Source: Octopus bimaculoides
Taxonomy: Eukaryota
Reading direction: 5' to 3'
Length of the DNA stretch: 64,000 bases
Assembly: GCF_001194135.2 (NCBI RefSeq)
Contig: NC_068983.1
Span: forward strand, 120,341,907-120,405,906
Shown here: positions 49,872 through 62,800 of the stretch, in pieces
Numbering within the stretch: the stretch's first letter is position 1
How the letters are laid out: every line of letters begins with the position of its first letter
Position numbers and translations under genes: made by a program
Notes under the pieces: model-generated
Seen by the model: the letters and a program-made list of their open reading frames with translations, nothing else
Told to the model about the DNA's origin: nothing
Databases searched by the model: none

Positions 49872-50577
49872 CTCTCCAACAAAGGACATATTCAATTGAG
49901 CCATAATCTGTTGAACTATCACATTAATAAATTTCAAAGAAATACTAGAATATATGGATCAAGCCCCTTGAAACCATCTGATTTAAACCAGTCTACCACA
50001 AAATGAGTGTAGCTTCCAATATGGCTTGCAATTTTCTGTCATTGATAAGAAAACATCTACCCTTCATCCAAAAATGTTATAATCCCTCTAATAAGATTAA
50101 TGTTAAAGATAGTCACAGGAGCTTGGAATGCATCACATCCCAAATATTCTACCACAACCATATAGTCAGAGAAATATAAACTCTCCAACCCAAAAAGAGC
50201 TCATGTCTGACCAATAAATATAGCATTTTGTTGCAATTCTTTAAGACCTTAAGCAAAAGAATTAAAAGTTCTACCTGCATGTAGGCAAATGAAAAAATAT
50301 TTAGTAAAAAAAGATTTTTGGAATCGGGCTGACTCTGCAAGTAAATTAAAAACATTCTGGGCCGAATCCGGATCTGCAGTTCTGAAATTTTGGATTCTTA
50401 TGTTATCATTACTGCGATTGTTTTTGGCGATTTTTTTTTTTTTGCATGATTTTTAGTGAAGAATATGATCATCATTAGAATATGATTCTGGAGGAAGCAA
50501 TTGCAACAAATTCTCCAAAACAAGTCAGAGATCTGTGTGCAGACCTTCCCATTCAGGGTTAGTTGCTTAATAGCTAC

Positions 50578-50623
50578 ATACTAGCTTAAAAGCCGCCCTA
50601 TCGGGCGGTTTTTAAGCTAGTAT
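50578..50623. repeat. 21-bp stem, 4-nt loop hairpin with CTAG near both ends
   Basis: ATACTAGCTTAAAAGCCGCCC-TATC-GGGCGGTTTTTAAGCTAGTAT (one G.T pair). Confidence 0.85.
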
Positions 50624-50915
50624 ATAATAATAGGTAAAGATGACCCAGAGATCCAAATATAGGAAGTTAATAAGCTTTAAGCATATATGCAGCTAGTAGA
50701 GACAACAAAATGTGACAATATACAATAAAATTATGTGTATAACTTATGATGATAACATTATAAGATACACACCTCATTCTATTTTGAAATCGAAAGAAAT
50801 TTCAATAAGCTGACGGTCTCTATACAGCTTATGGTTTAGCAAGTGAAGTTGCTAAAAGTGCAAATAAATGTAAGGAATGGAGCTCTATTCCTTAATTTCT
50901 TGGATATATGTGCGT

Positions 50916-50959
<44 letters not shown>

Positions 50960-51974
50960 TTCTTACATGAACATACAAGTTTGAGGGACTCCAGTAAACA
51001 GTATGAACATACAAGTTTGAAGATGCAATGGCTATTACTATGAAGGCATTGCATTTGACTGAGTGAGAGGTAGCAGCATGCTGCCATGTTGTTGAGGCAA
51101 GAGATGCTGAGGTTTTGTTCAGACAAAGAACTCTTACTGTTTTTTCAAGGTGAAACCTAAATAACTCTTTTTATAATAGCATAATTAATTTATATATGGA
51201 ATTAATTAGTCAGTTAATTTCTTGGCTAATTATAAAATCCATTGCAATAGTATCAGTTGCCTCTGTTTGAGAAAAAAAAGATGGGATCAAGTGAGTTTTC
51301 AACTATGTCTGTAACTGTATACAGTGTAAGGAGAAAAATATTATATAATATTGAAGTACTAGAGTACTAGTATTATGCGTGGTGATAACAAGAGTGTGTA
51401 AATGAAGACAAGGATGAAGGTATTTGTATTGAATAAAGGTCTATTCTCTACAACTTTCACATTATATGAATTATAATTGTAGCTACCTAACCAATTTTAA
51501 TGAACCATTAATACTGGTACATAATAATTATATGGTGATTCTTTTTAACACTGCAATGTTTTGAAAGCCCTACAGAAAATAGCTGAGTGTATTTGTGTCA
51601 GTTACTGAATAAAATTATAAAAATACGTAGTACCAAATCTAAATCTGAGAATCCTTTACTATCATTAATAACATAAACTAGCTTCACAAGCATAAAATAA
51701 ATGTTCAGAGACTTGCATTGATTTTTAACTTTGGCATAAGTTTAGGAAATTTAGGGAGAGGTATAGTTAATTTTAACGATAGCAATATTTTCCTTACACC
51801 TATTTTATAAAACATGGGTGGGAGAAAAGTTCAAGAATTGAATTCAGAATGTGAACATATGTAATTAATACTACTTCAGAGCACACAATTTATTATATAT
51901 TAAAAAAATATCATTATTTATTTATATATATTAATGTGTGTGTGTGTGTGAATTTTGCTCTGAAGAGATTTTTA

Positions 51975-52692
51975 CCAAGGCAATGACAAGTGACCGAGAC
52001 CTTTGGAGATATGCCGTGCTTGAGAAGACCTGGCAAGCCAGGTGAGACCGTAACTGTGGCCTATGCCAGTGCAGCATAGCCAGCCCATTTAAGAGTACCC
52101 TTCAATCATTGGGCAATAAACTGTGCTTGCGAAGACCTGTTGTGGCAAGTGAAGTCATTGTCGTGGCCTATGACAGAACCGCCTGATTAGCACCCGTGCT
52201 GGTGGCATGTAAAAAGCACCATTTGAGTGTGGTTGATGCCAGTGCCACCTGACTGGTCCCATGCCAGTGGCACATAAAAAGCACTATTCAAGCGTGGTCA
52301 CTGCCAGAGCCGTCTGACTGGCTCCTGTACTGGTGGCATGTAAAAACACCATTCAAGTGTGGCCAATTGCCAGTACTGCCTGACTAGCCCTCGTGCCAGT
52401 GGCATGTAAAAAGTATCCACTACACTCTCGGAGTGGTTGGTATTAGGAAGAGCATTCAGCTGTAGAAACATTGCCAGATCAGATTGGAGCCTGGGGCAGC
52501 CTTCTAGCTTGCCAGCCCTCAGTCAAACCGTCCAGCCCATGCCAGCATGGAAAACACAATGATGATGAAATTCATGATGCAATTTTAATTGTAAAATATG
52601 AATAGAGGTGAGAAATTGAAACGTGTGTAGGCAACATGAAATTGACTATTATATATATTGATATTTTCTGCGTTCACACTCTCCATTTTCTT

Positions 52693-52725
<33 letters not shown>

Positions 52726-52955
52726 AGCACCATTCAAGCGTGGTCGATGCCAGTACTGCCTGACTCGCCCATGTGCTGGTGAAAAGCATCCACAACACTC
52801 TCAGAGTGGTTGGCATTAGGAAGGGCATCCAGCTGTAGAGACTTTGCCTATTGGATTGGAGCCCGGTGCAGCCTTCTGGCTTGCCAGCCCTCAATCAAAC
52901 TGTCCAACCTATGCCAGCATGGAAAATGGATGTTAAACAACAATGATGATGATGA
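51975..52955 (+). mobile_element. Two RTE 3' UTR/tail fragments
   Basis: Same sequence as 25660-26070, with degenerate 50-60 bp tandem units and (GAT)n ends. Confidence 0.8.
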
Positions 52956-53830
52956 TAAAGTATATCTTTAGGAAACATAATACAGAAGCTAAGATACATG
53001 TGCACTTAGTTTTTTTTTCTATCCTTCTTTTACATGGCATAGGCAAGAGAAGAAGAAAACTAATGGGAAGAAGAAAGGAAGATATTTACAGACTAGGGGC
53101 CTTAACTTGCAACAGAGTAGACTCTGCTAAATACATCCTTGGATGTTAAACTGTTCAATAGACTAAGTTTGCCTCCTAAATTTATTAAATGTATGAATGC
53201 ATTTACATGGGATGTGAATACATTTGCAAAATTCATAATTTTTTCTTTTGTAAAGTGAATTATGTGTATGGTGCTAAGAAAGACATAATAAATGTGATGT
53301 GATTTTGTTAAAATTTTGAATTTTTTGTGGATTGTAGCATTCTTCTCATGAATTTTACTATTATTTTTTTTCAGACTGATCCATGTGGAATTTAAGCAGC
53401 CTAAGTTTACTGTTTCCTTTCCTGGACTGGGTATGTTTAGTACTTCACAATTGCTTTTTCCAAATGTGATGTCTATAATGTACATTTTCTTAAACTATAA
53501 ATTCCTGTTTCCTAATAAAGTTAATTTGTCAGTCTAATTACATCTACATTGATAAATCCAATAATTATAAAGCTGTTTTATTTCTAATAAACATATCTTG
53601 AAATACATAAATAAATAAGTAAATGGTGTTAACATAATAAACAATAAAAACTATAAATCAAATGAAAGAAACATAGTAGACTAATTACTGATAGGCTAAG
53701 ATATTTGTGTCTTCTGAGAAATATTTATTATTACTGTTTTATTTTTTTTGCAGAACTACAAATACAGTAAATGCTGCAACATCAATAAATTAAGAAAGAA
53801 GTAGCCAATCAAGTGGTATAAAATCTCAAA

Positions 53831-54610
53831 ATGACATACAGAGAATTACTAAATGTCTTTGACAAAGACTCTTCCTCTAAATGTCATCAATGCAGTAGTA
53901 ATATTTTGTTCTCACTCATACTATTTACTGGAATCTCTCAAATTGGTTTGAGTATTGGCCTTTTATTTCTGTGTAGAAATCAGATAAGTGAGGTATCTTG
54001 TGCTTTCTCACTAAAAGCTCACCCTTGTACAGGTTTAGCCGCCCCTGTCTATATTGGATGTCTTATTCTCTGCATAGCAATTTTTGGATTTGCTTGTCTT
54101 GGTCGGCGAGCATCAGCAGCACTACTTTTACTCATTACTGTTGGTGACATTTGCCTGGGTTTTATGCAATTAGCAAGTGAGAAAATTCTGTTCACTGACT
54201 ATTTTAATACATTTAATTCAAGAGAAATATGTCAATCTGCCCAACAAAATTCATCTCAACTTTTACAGTGCTGGAACCATATTACACATCTATACCCAGC
54301 CTGTAGTATATATGAACATGAGATAACCAATGACTGTGTTCACAGCTATAATATTTACTTCAATCGATCAAGTCAATCTGAAAGTAACAGAACTACTGTG
54401 CCATGCATTAGTGATGTAAATAGATTGGTCAGTTCAACTTATACGGACTTCCGATTTATGTGTGGCCCTATTGTATTACTCAATGCTTTTGTCTGTGTCA
54501 TTCTTATACTATTTCTAGAGTTTTTTCATCAACAGAAACAGAATAGTAAGAAACAGCAACATGACTTAGCAGCACTGGAAGGAATTTATGAAATTTCTGA
54601 ACAAAAGTAA
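53831..54610 (+). CDS. Atypical (CCG-less) tetraspanin-like four-TM protein, paralog 2, 259 aa, single coding exon
   Basis: Ungapped alignment to 514-1311 (107/219 identities by hand count); same Cys pattern and TM layout. Acceptor (T-tract + GCAG) ends at 53753. An in-frame upstream TAA at 53768-53770 supports the ATG at 53831 as the start. Confidence 0.88.
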   Translation: MTYRELLNVFDKDSSSKCHQCSSNILFSLILFTGISQIGLSIGLLFLCRNQISEVSCAFSLKAHPCTGLAAPVYIGCLILCIAIFGFACLGRRASAALLLLITVGDICLGFMQLASEKILFTDYFNTFNSREICQSAQQNSSQLLQCWNHITHLYPACSIYEHEITNDCVHSYNIYFNRSSQSESNRTTVPCISDVNRLVSSTYTDFRFMCGPIVLLNAFVCVILILFLEFFHQQKQNSKKQQHDLAALEGIYEISEQK

Positions 54611-55794
54611 TAAAAATATTTATTCAATGTCAATAACTTACATGGATATCCTCATAATCGTACTTCGGTTCACATTCTATTTTACTAAATAAGCCAACTT
54701 TTGGTGATCATTCTAAATTGAATTAAAAGTATTTTCTAATACTAATAATATTGAATTTTCGTCTCTGTTTTTAGAAGGACATTAACTAAAGATCTAAAGT
54801 GTCAAACAGACCATATGTATTATATATTTATATACATATTTATTTAAATACTGAGTGTATTTTATTTAATCTAAATAAGAACTAAATAGCAAGTCATAGA
54901 AAGCATATTCAGGTTGCCTTTCTGCCATAATTTTATAAGAAATCTCAACTTCAAAATGATAAAATTAGTTATTTTACTAAATCCTTACAAATTCTAGATT
55001 ATTTCAAATTTTAATTGAAGCATGTTAGTAGTGTTTTGTTAGAAACATGATTATAAAAGAATTAAATTTAATGATTCGACCAACCAAAGCCAGAATGGAA
55101 AATGGATATAACTTGCAAAAAAAAAAGAAAAAAAATCAACATAATAGTTGTGTGAGTTATGTGTGTATAAATATGCCATGATAAAAACAAAACTACTACT
55201 TACTTTTAACAATTATCTTTGAAATTTTTCCTATTTATATATATTTTTAAATGTGCTAGTAAAACTGCAAAAATTCCCATAATGTTCCCATTTTGAGTGC
55301 TCCTTATACAATAAGGATTGTTGAAATCCACATCTAAACTTTTCACAGTTGTTTCTTTTGCATATGTATTCCAGGTGCTAATCTTGTGTAGTACAGTTTA
55401 ACATCACATTTCACCTAAACATTGAAGCCTACAGTCATTGTAAGGATGGTCCACTCTCGCCTTTTGCTACTTGCTACTCAATTGGAAATAGGATTGCTAT
55501 TTGAATTGAGAGAAAATTCCTACTATTTTTTTTTTTTACATCTAATATCTAATTTCAATGAAGATTTTTTAAGATGTATTGTCAGCTATTTGTAGATATT
55601 TTTACTAATGTAATATAATATGAGATTGACAATAGTCACATGGACAAGTAAAATCATATATTGGTTAATTGTGTTAAATTTCTTATCAAAGTGATCAATA
55701 TTGGTTGTAGTTGTTGTACCCCTTTATCCTAAGTTAAAGTAACTTGTAATATTGTGTAATGGATTGATTATATATGTATGATATGCACCTCTAG

Positions 55795-56130
55795 AGTAAC
55801 ATTACTTGATAGGGTGCATAGCTCAGAGATCAGGGAATCGCTCTAGGTTGAGCTGTTACTCTTCCACACTGGGAGGTCACAACTCTGATACTATGGACAT
55901 GTGATAAGAACGTCTTAAGAAAGAATCACAAGGTGAATTCTTCAAGCTGAACCAACCAGCAGGAGACCTAGGAGTAGATTTAGAATGAGATGGTTGAATA
56001 ATATCCAAAGTTTCAGTTGGTTGCACTTGGGAATCCAAAGGGAAAGTCTAACGATGGCTGCTTCTTATGGAGGAGATGCCTGAAGATTCTACCCCAACAA
56101 ACCTCCCAGAAATAGTGAGCAGAAAAGTTG
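55795..56130 (+). mobile_element. RTE-like LINE C-terminal fragment
   Basis: YYGHVIR...RRPRSRFRMRW motif. Confidence 0.55.
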
Positions 56131-56471
56131 GATGGATGGATGGAGATGTACCTAAGACTGGTGCAGTGTACAAATGTACACTGTTTAACTTTCTTATTTA
56201 GCCACATTCTTGTATACCACTTATGAACTGATCAGAGGAAATGTGATGTCAAACTACATTAAGAATGTCCAACAGCCAGTATGCATATGGAAAAAAGAAA
56301 CAATATGAAGAACTTAGTATCAATTCTTAAAATTAAGTCTTGGTAAGCATTGAAGAACACTCATAATATAGATCTCTTGATGCTAAATTAAAAGACACAT
56401 CTATAAATTTGAAAAGTTTTAAAAACAAATTATATCCATATTTTATAATGACATATACAAAGACACAAATA

Positions 56472-57757
56472 TTGGGTCATCCCATAGATAATGTGATTTT
56501 TTTTGTACGTCTTTTATTATTCAAAAATTAAGATAAAGTTCTTTTTTAATCTAAAATATATTCTCCTTCATTTTCTACAATGCTTTTCCATCAATCTGGT
56601 AGATTTGCAAGGCCCACCTTCCAAATTTCACTTGTCCATGACGAAAAATACTCCTCCACTACTGTTCTGACCTCATCTACAGAATTCATATTTTTTCTAT
56701 CCAAATGATTTTGAAGGATGTGGAATAAATGATAATCAGATGGGGCAATGTCTGGTGAATATTGTGGGTGGGGCATAGTTTCTCATTCAAACTGCTCCAG
56801 CCTTTGGAGTGTCATCCTCGCTGTATGTGGCTGAGCATTATCCTGATGGAAGAACACCTTTTGTCTTGAAACCAAAGATGGTCATTTTTCTTCTACTGCT
56901 AACTTAAGCTGCTCAAGCTGTTCACAGTAGATCTCCTTTGTTATTGTTTGATTTGGGTTTAAAAGTTCAAATTGGACTAAACCTTTCATATCCCACCAAA
57001 CAGATAACAACACCTTATGTGGGTGAAGACCTTCTTTAGCCTGGGGTGCCAGTGTTTCTCCTTTCCCTACCTACTGTCTTTGGCACCTGACATTTTTATA
57101 AAGAACTCATTTCTTGTCACCAGTCACTATTCAATCCAAAAAAGGTTCACTTGTGAGATGTGGCAGCAAAGAAGAGCACACACTCACTCTCTGCATGCAA
57201 TTAAATTCAGAAAGCTTGTGAGGAACCCACTGACCCAATTTGCTGATTTTTCCAGTGACATGCAGGTGTCGATGAATGGTTGAATGACCAAATCCAAGCT
57301 TCTTTGCTAGTTCCTCAACAGTTACGATGAGATTTTGTTCCACCAAGGTTTGCAGGACGTCCTTGTTGAGCTCCACAGATTGTCCAGGATGAGGTTCGCC
57401 TTCTAGACTGTAGTTTCTGGTTTGGAATTTCTGGAACCACTGTTGACACTGGCTTATGTTTATTCTCCAATCCCCATATACTGCATTAATAATCCTCGCA
57501 CTTTCCATTGTGTTGTTACTTTTATTGAACTTATAAAGCAAAATATGCCGAATATGCTCCTTTGTCACTTCCATTATAGCTTTGAAAAAATAACTGTTAA
57601 AACTGAACTGCACTCTTCAAAACTTGCACTAAGAATAAGTACAAGGGTAAAATTACTACCTGCTTTTATAACAAGTTGATGCAAGTAGTTTATCCCATCC
57701 CTCTCCAACTTTTAGTTCATGCAATTGAAAAAACGCATTATTTACAGGATGACCCAA
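56472..57757 (-). mobile_element. Mariner DNA transposon, near full length, disrupted transposase
   Basis: TIRs TTGGGTCATCC / GGATGACCCAA flanked by TA. ORFs 57131-57613 (HTH region, WVPHKL) and 56591-56776 (HPQYSPDIAPSDYHLF). Confidence 0.9.
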
Positions 57758-57924
57758 TACTTACACATGCTCACTCACATATGTCATTATGTTAACATTT
57801 TCCCCATGAAACAGTTTTCTAAACATAAAATACAATAAACATAAATTATGCATATTATTGAAATAACTCACAATTTAGCTCAATGATGTTGTATAATGTG
57901 ACAATTCATCCATTACATACCTGC

Positions 57925-58055
57925 TCTTGAAGCTGTCTGGTTTCTTCAGGTGAATGAGAAGGCCAATGCAGGATACCTTGCCGGAGACAGAGAGCAGTGT
58001 TATTCTATGCTAGTTGTTGCAGTCACTTAGGGCTCCTTTCTTGGCTACTTTTCCT
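57925..58055 (-). mobile_element. RTE-like RT fragment
   Basis: KKGALSDCNN*HRITLLSVSGKV. Confidence 0.6.
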
Positions 58056-60774
58056 ATTACTCAATCAATTTTTCTTGTATCATGAAAGAATCATTGTGCA
58101 AAGTGAAATAATTGGGAATATGTTTTATGAAAAGAAAATTTCCTACTTGTAAGGCTAAGTTTTTGGGTTAGTATACAACTACATTAAGTTTTTAAATTTA
58201 ATATCTATGAAAAGAAATGTCCAATCCTTCAACTTTGTTATTTCAACAAGTTCTATCTGCAATATAATGTTAAAGAACAAAATAAACAGATTTGACAGCA
58301 ATGTGAAGTTTTCTCATATGAGAGGATTTGATATTAGCTTTGTAGGCCAACAAACTCTTTATCAGTTCCCAATATGATGCTCCATCACTGAAGTCTTTCC
58401 TCATGGTTTTTACCTCTTTTGTAACCAGGTAAAGGGTTTGAGAAAAAAATGAGTGCCTTATCCTATAAAACAGTGCATCCAGCATCTGAGTTCTTCCTCT
58501 ATGGGTTGATAGAATATGTGACAGTTAAATTCTAAGAATGTCCCCTTCCTTAGTAAAAAGAAATCAATATTATTTTAAGTAATGGGCACTGAGATAAAAC
58601 AGTAAATTCTAGACAAACCAATCCCCACATTCAGCTGGTATCATTTCACTTACATTGCTAAAACCCTTTAAAAATTAATGAACATTACCATTCCTCTTCA
58701 AATATGAGGCTTCATGACATTGTAAGGAATCTTAATTTATTTTTATTATATTTCATTATTAAATGAAAAAGTAATGATACAGGAGTTAACCACAAATTAT
58801 GATTTATATATGATGTGACACTATATGCTATTTTAGTTTACAATCAAAATGGTGAAATAAAAACACTTCTTTTGATTGGCACATTTGCGCACTTGTACTA
58901 TTTATATATTTTTATAATAAACAGATTTTCCTCAAAGACTTTGTTGTTAATTTTGCATAAGAACTTTCAATTCAAATAATTTAATTTTTAATAAAATTTA
59001 TTGTACATGTTTATGAACTGTGGTTGAAGGTATAAAGGTAATTCTGTTATTGGTGTACTTCCCTTTATTTATATAATGAATTTATAAAAGTGAGGGTGTT
59101 CTTTTCCAGAGGATCTACACTCTGGAAAAGGATAGGGTATAGTAAATAGTACAGAACTTGGGGTGAGGAAGGGGTCACACAAAGATGATGAGAGGAGGAT
59201 AGATGAACGGGATGGGAATACCTGAATGGAGTTGACACAAACCTATCGGTTCCAAGGAGGAGAGGCTATTATAGTAGTGGTAGAAAAGACAGAAAGAGGA
59301 GGTAGTACACCTGTAGACCTGAGGCTGAACTGTATCAGTGAGTGAATTTATGTTAATCATTCAGGTGGTCCTTTTTCAGAAATGGTCTAGGATATTCTGA
59401 TCTCAGGAAAGAACTATTTACTGCATGTTAGTCTATTAAATAGTTTCTTGGATATAATATTGATTTCAAATTTTGGCACAAGGACAGCAATTTCAGGGGA
59501 GGGGTAAGTCGAGAACATCAAGCCCAGCATTCAACTTGTACTTATTTTGTCAAACCCAAAAAGTTGAAAGGCAAAGTCAAGCTTGGGTGAAATACCATTA
59601 AGCATTTTGCTCTTTGTGCTAATGATTCTGCCAGCTCAGTGCCTTATTTTCTTGGATATAAGACTTAAATGTGTTAAAAGTATTTCACTGCAGTGCTTCT
59701 CAAACTGATATATACAGAGCACCAGTAAAATGATTAAAAAAAAAAAAGTGAAATTTTTTTGCTCTCCTTTTTATAAATGAGAAGACAAAATGAATTTTAC
59801 ATGCATACAGTTTTAAAATCACTTAATTCTAATAAACATGACACTTTACCCTATTTCCCTATTTTCAATCCTTACAGCCCCACTCTGCCCATGAGAAATA
59901 TTTTTCGTTCTTGAAGAAACTAAACCTTTGAGATAGAGTTTACAAATGAGTAGAAGAAATAAAGTACTGTCAGTTTATTTTCTTAAGGTTGAACTATCAT
60001 AATTTTGGTGCATTTTAATGGGACAAATGTGTTGAATGCCCTTAGAAAATGTTTTAAAGAATCTTATTCATGAAAAGTGTGAAAACCTGATGGAAAGTTG
60101 AAGTTGCAAATTGATGGTGACCTACGTTTACAAGGAATGACTAGTGATGGTATGAGTATAGAAAAGGTAAGTCTATAAAGTAAACGTCTGTTTAAACTGA
60201 TTAAAAATAATTATAAAAGTATACAAATAAAGTTATAATGCAAATTTTACACCAGTTGCAAAAAGTTAAAGTACTGCAGCACTATTTCAAGTTCGCCTTT
60301 ATCATATCTATTTATAACTATGATAAAGCTTTTAAGAAAGTGGTCATACTGTATTTTGTCAAAGGCAGAGATATCTAAATTCAACCAACAACCTTAGAAA
60401 CTTGTCTAGTAAGTTATAGGGATAACCAAAAAGCTGACAATGGGCTACATTCAATGCATCAATGATGAATGAAGTATCCTAAATCATAACTTAATTTAAC
60501 AAATTTCGATGCAATATTTTTCGTTAATATTTTATTTGAAATTGAAGCAGGATAATGAATATATCAAATTTTTTTTACATAACCGGCAAAAATTTGCCTC
60601 AGAATATTTAGTAGAAATGGCTTGAACAGAGAAGGGTAAGATATGTGGCTTGCTTAATTGTAGGTGATAGTGGCTAGGATCAAGGTAATACCAAAGCTCA
60701 TGAATGTTTGTGTAGAGAGAGCTGTGCAGCAGTCGATTACTCAATAATGAATGATAACACACATGATGGCTATG

Positions 60775-62800
60775 GATATGGCACAAGGAATGAAGAGGGG
60801 TTAAAGCTGTTGGATGCTATGATGCAAATGACTTAAATGTTTGTAACATCAACTGCATGAAACCTTCAAGCCACTTGATTACTTATCAAGAAGATGAACA
60901 CATAAACCAGATTGACTTCATAATCACCAGGAAATGGAATAGGCAACTAGCTGAGAATATTGTTCTTTCCAATGTACAATGCCACATGTTAATTAGCAAC
61001 ATTAGGAGAAGAGGTAGTTAGACTTACAGACATAAGAAAATTTAGAGAAAGAAGCTGTTGAAATGAAGAGATCATTAGAACAGACATAGGTTCAGTGAAA
61101 GATTACTTGATGTCAAGGAGATAAAAACTTATAAGAATAAAAGATAACTGAGAGTTTCAATGAGACAATCTGCAATGAGCCACATACCAGATCAGAATGC
61201 TTCCAGCATGATTGAAGGTGACATGACAAGTATTGTAGACAGCTATAAAAGCTTAGATATAAACAGAGAAAAATTGAAAGAATGTTGGGGAGGCACAAGG
61301 AGTAATATCAGTAGCTACAAGAAAAAATGAACATCAGGTATAGGGCTTTCCTATAAGTAGGTTATCTCCCTTGGCCAGGCGGCGCTCCATGTAGATAATT
61401 AAACTTCCGGAGGTTAACCCACACCATTGTTATTGTTTTACGTCTTATCATGGATATAAAGCAGCTTGATGATTCAGCTATCGAAGTACTTACTGTGCCT
61501 GAGTTAAAGAAATATTTAAGATTATATGGACAGTATGTTACTGGAAGAAAGGTGGACTTGACTAAAAGGTTGAAAGGAATAAAAATTCTGTCAATGAAGA
61601 ATGTCAACAAAGTAAATTCATCGGACGATAAGTNNNNNNNNNNNNNNNNNNNNNNNNNNNNNNNNNNNNNNNNNNNNNNNNNNNNNNNNNNNNNNNNNNN
61701 NNNNNNNNNNNNNNNNNNNNNNNNNNNNNNNNNNNNNNNNNNNNNNNNNNNNNNNNNNNNNNNNNNNNNNNNNNNAAGTTGCCGAATTTCACAGATAATG
61801 ACATAATTACCTCGTGCTACGGATGAAAGCAAAGCAACAGTTAAGAAGTGGCATATTTTACCACGACAGACACGTACACAGCATCGAATACCACGATGTG
61901 AGTGAAAGCTGCTTTCACTGTATTGTCCGGTGTCTGGTAATCCCTTCGATACCGACATCAAACCAAAAAAAGAATCCTGACCACAGAGTGTGGGTAATTA
62001 TGTCAAATGTCACTGGCAGTGTGCATTCAGCTGATTGCAACTGTTAAAGCAAGTCACTGAGCATGCGTACATGTCATACGGGAGAGTTCCGATCAGGGGT
62101 GGATAACACCTTATAGGAAAGCTCTATAGATAGCAAGGAAAGTAAGAAAACTGCTTGTGTTCTATGACAAAGGGATGAGAGACTTGTGTTCTGGATTGCA
62201 AAGCTGTGTCCCAGTGCAAATCAAGATAAGGTTGGGGAATGATAGCAACATACATAAATTGCTGGGAGAGGAATATGCAGTAAGTGGACTCAACACAAAG
62301 ATCATCAATTGAAGTTGAGGGTCAAACGCACAATTAAAGTAAGCAGAAAAAGAAGCAGATGAGCCATCAGGGATAGTTGCTAAGATGTTGAAAATACCTA
62401 TCATGTAGAACAAGCACAAATCACTTCCATAATCAATCAGGTGTACCCAGACAGACGAATCAAGTTATGAGAGAGAGTAACAGAAAGAGTTACAACACAA
62501 TTGATCAGGAAAGGAACTAGCTTACATGAGATATATTCTGATTTTGTGCCTGAAACAACTGCACTGGTAAAGATGAGATACATCTGGAAGATGAGAGTTA
62601 GGTAAAGAAGTGGGAAGTAGTCCAAATGGAAGGAATCTTTCCAACAGGAAAACACAGGAATAAGTAGTGAAAACTGATCTCATGAAAGAAAAGACAATGG
62701 ACTGCAACAGGTAGCAAGATGCTGTAGTAGAGGAGCTCAAATAACTTCTGCAGGTATCAAAAAATAATGTAAAATAATAAGATAACTGTGGTAGAAGTGA
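60775..62800 (+). mobile_element. Degraded RTE LINE (endonuclease and RT pieces) split by the SAP/SWIM element
   Basis: GYGTRNEEGLKLLD...HLITYQ...QIDFII (APE C-terminus) at about 60775-60930; PSGIVAKMLK-like RT piece at about 62360. Confidence 0.6.
61343..62124 (+). mobile_element. DNA transposon remnant encoding SAP and SWIM-like domains
   Basis: Imperfect TIRs G(G/A)GCTTTCCTATAAG flanked by TATA. LTVPELKKYLRLYGQYVTGRKVDLTKRL is SAP-like; VWVIMSNVTGSVHSADCNC followed by TCH is SWIM-like. N gap at 61634-61775. Confidence 0.65.

Noticed and set aside
50592-50613. Bacterial rho-independent terminator or contamination
   Set aside because: The flanks are AT-rich eukaryotic sequence with no prokaryotic ORFs; a Helitron-like or palindromic origin fits better.
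52150-52430. CRISPR-like array (also at 14450-14720)
   Set aside because: These are degenerate tandem units of the RTE 3' UTR, with no unique spacers and no cas genes.
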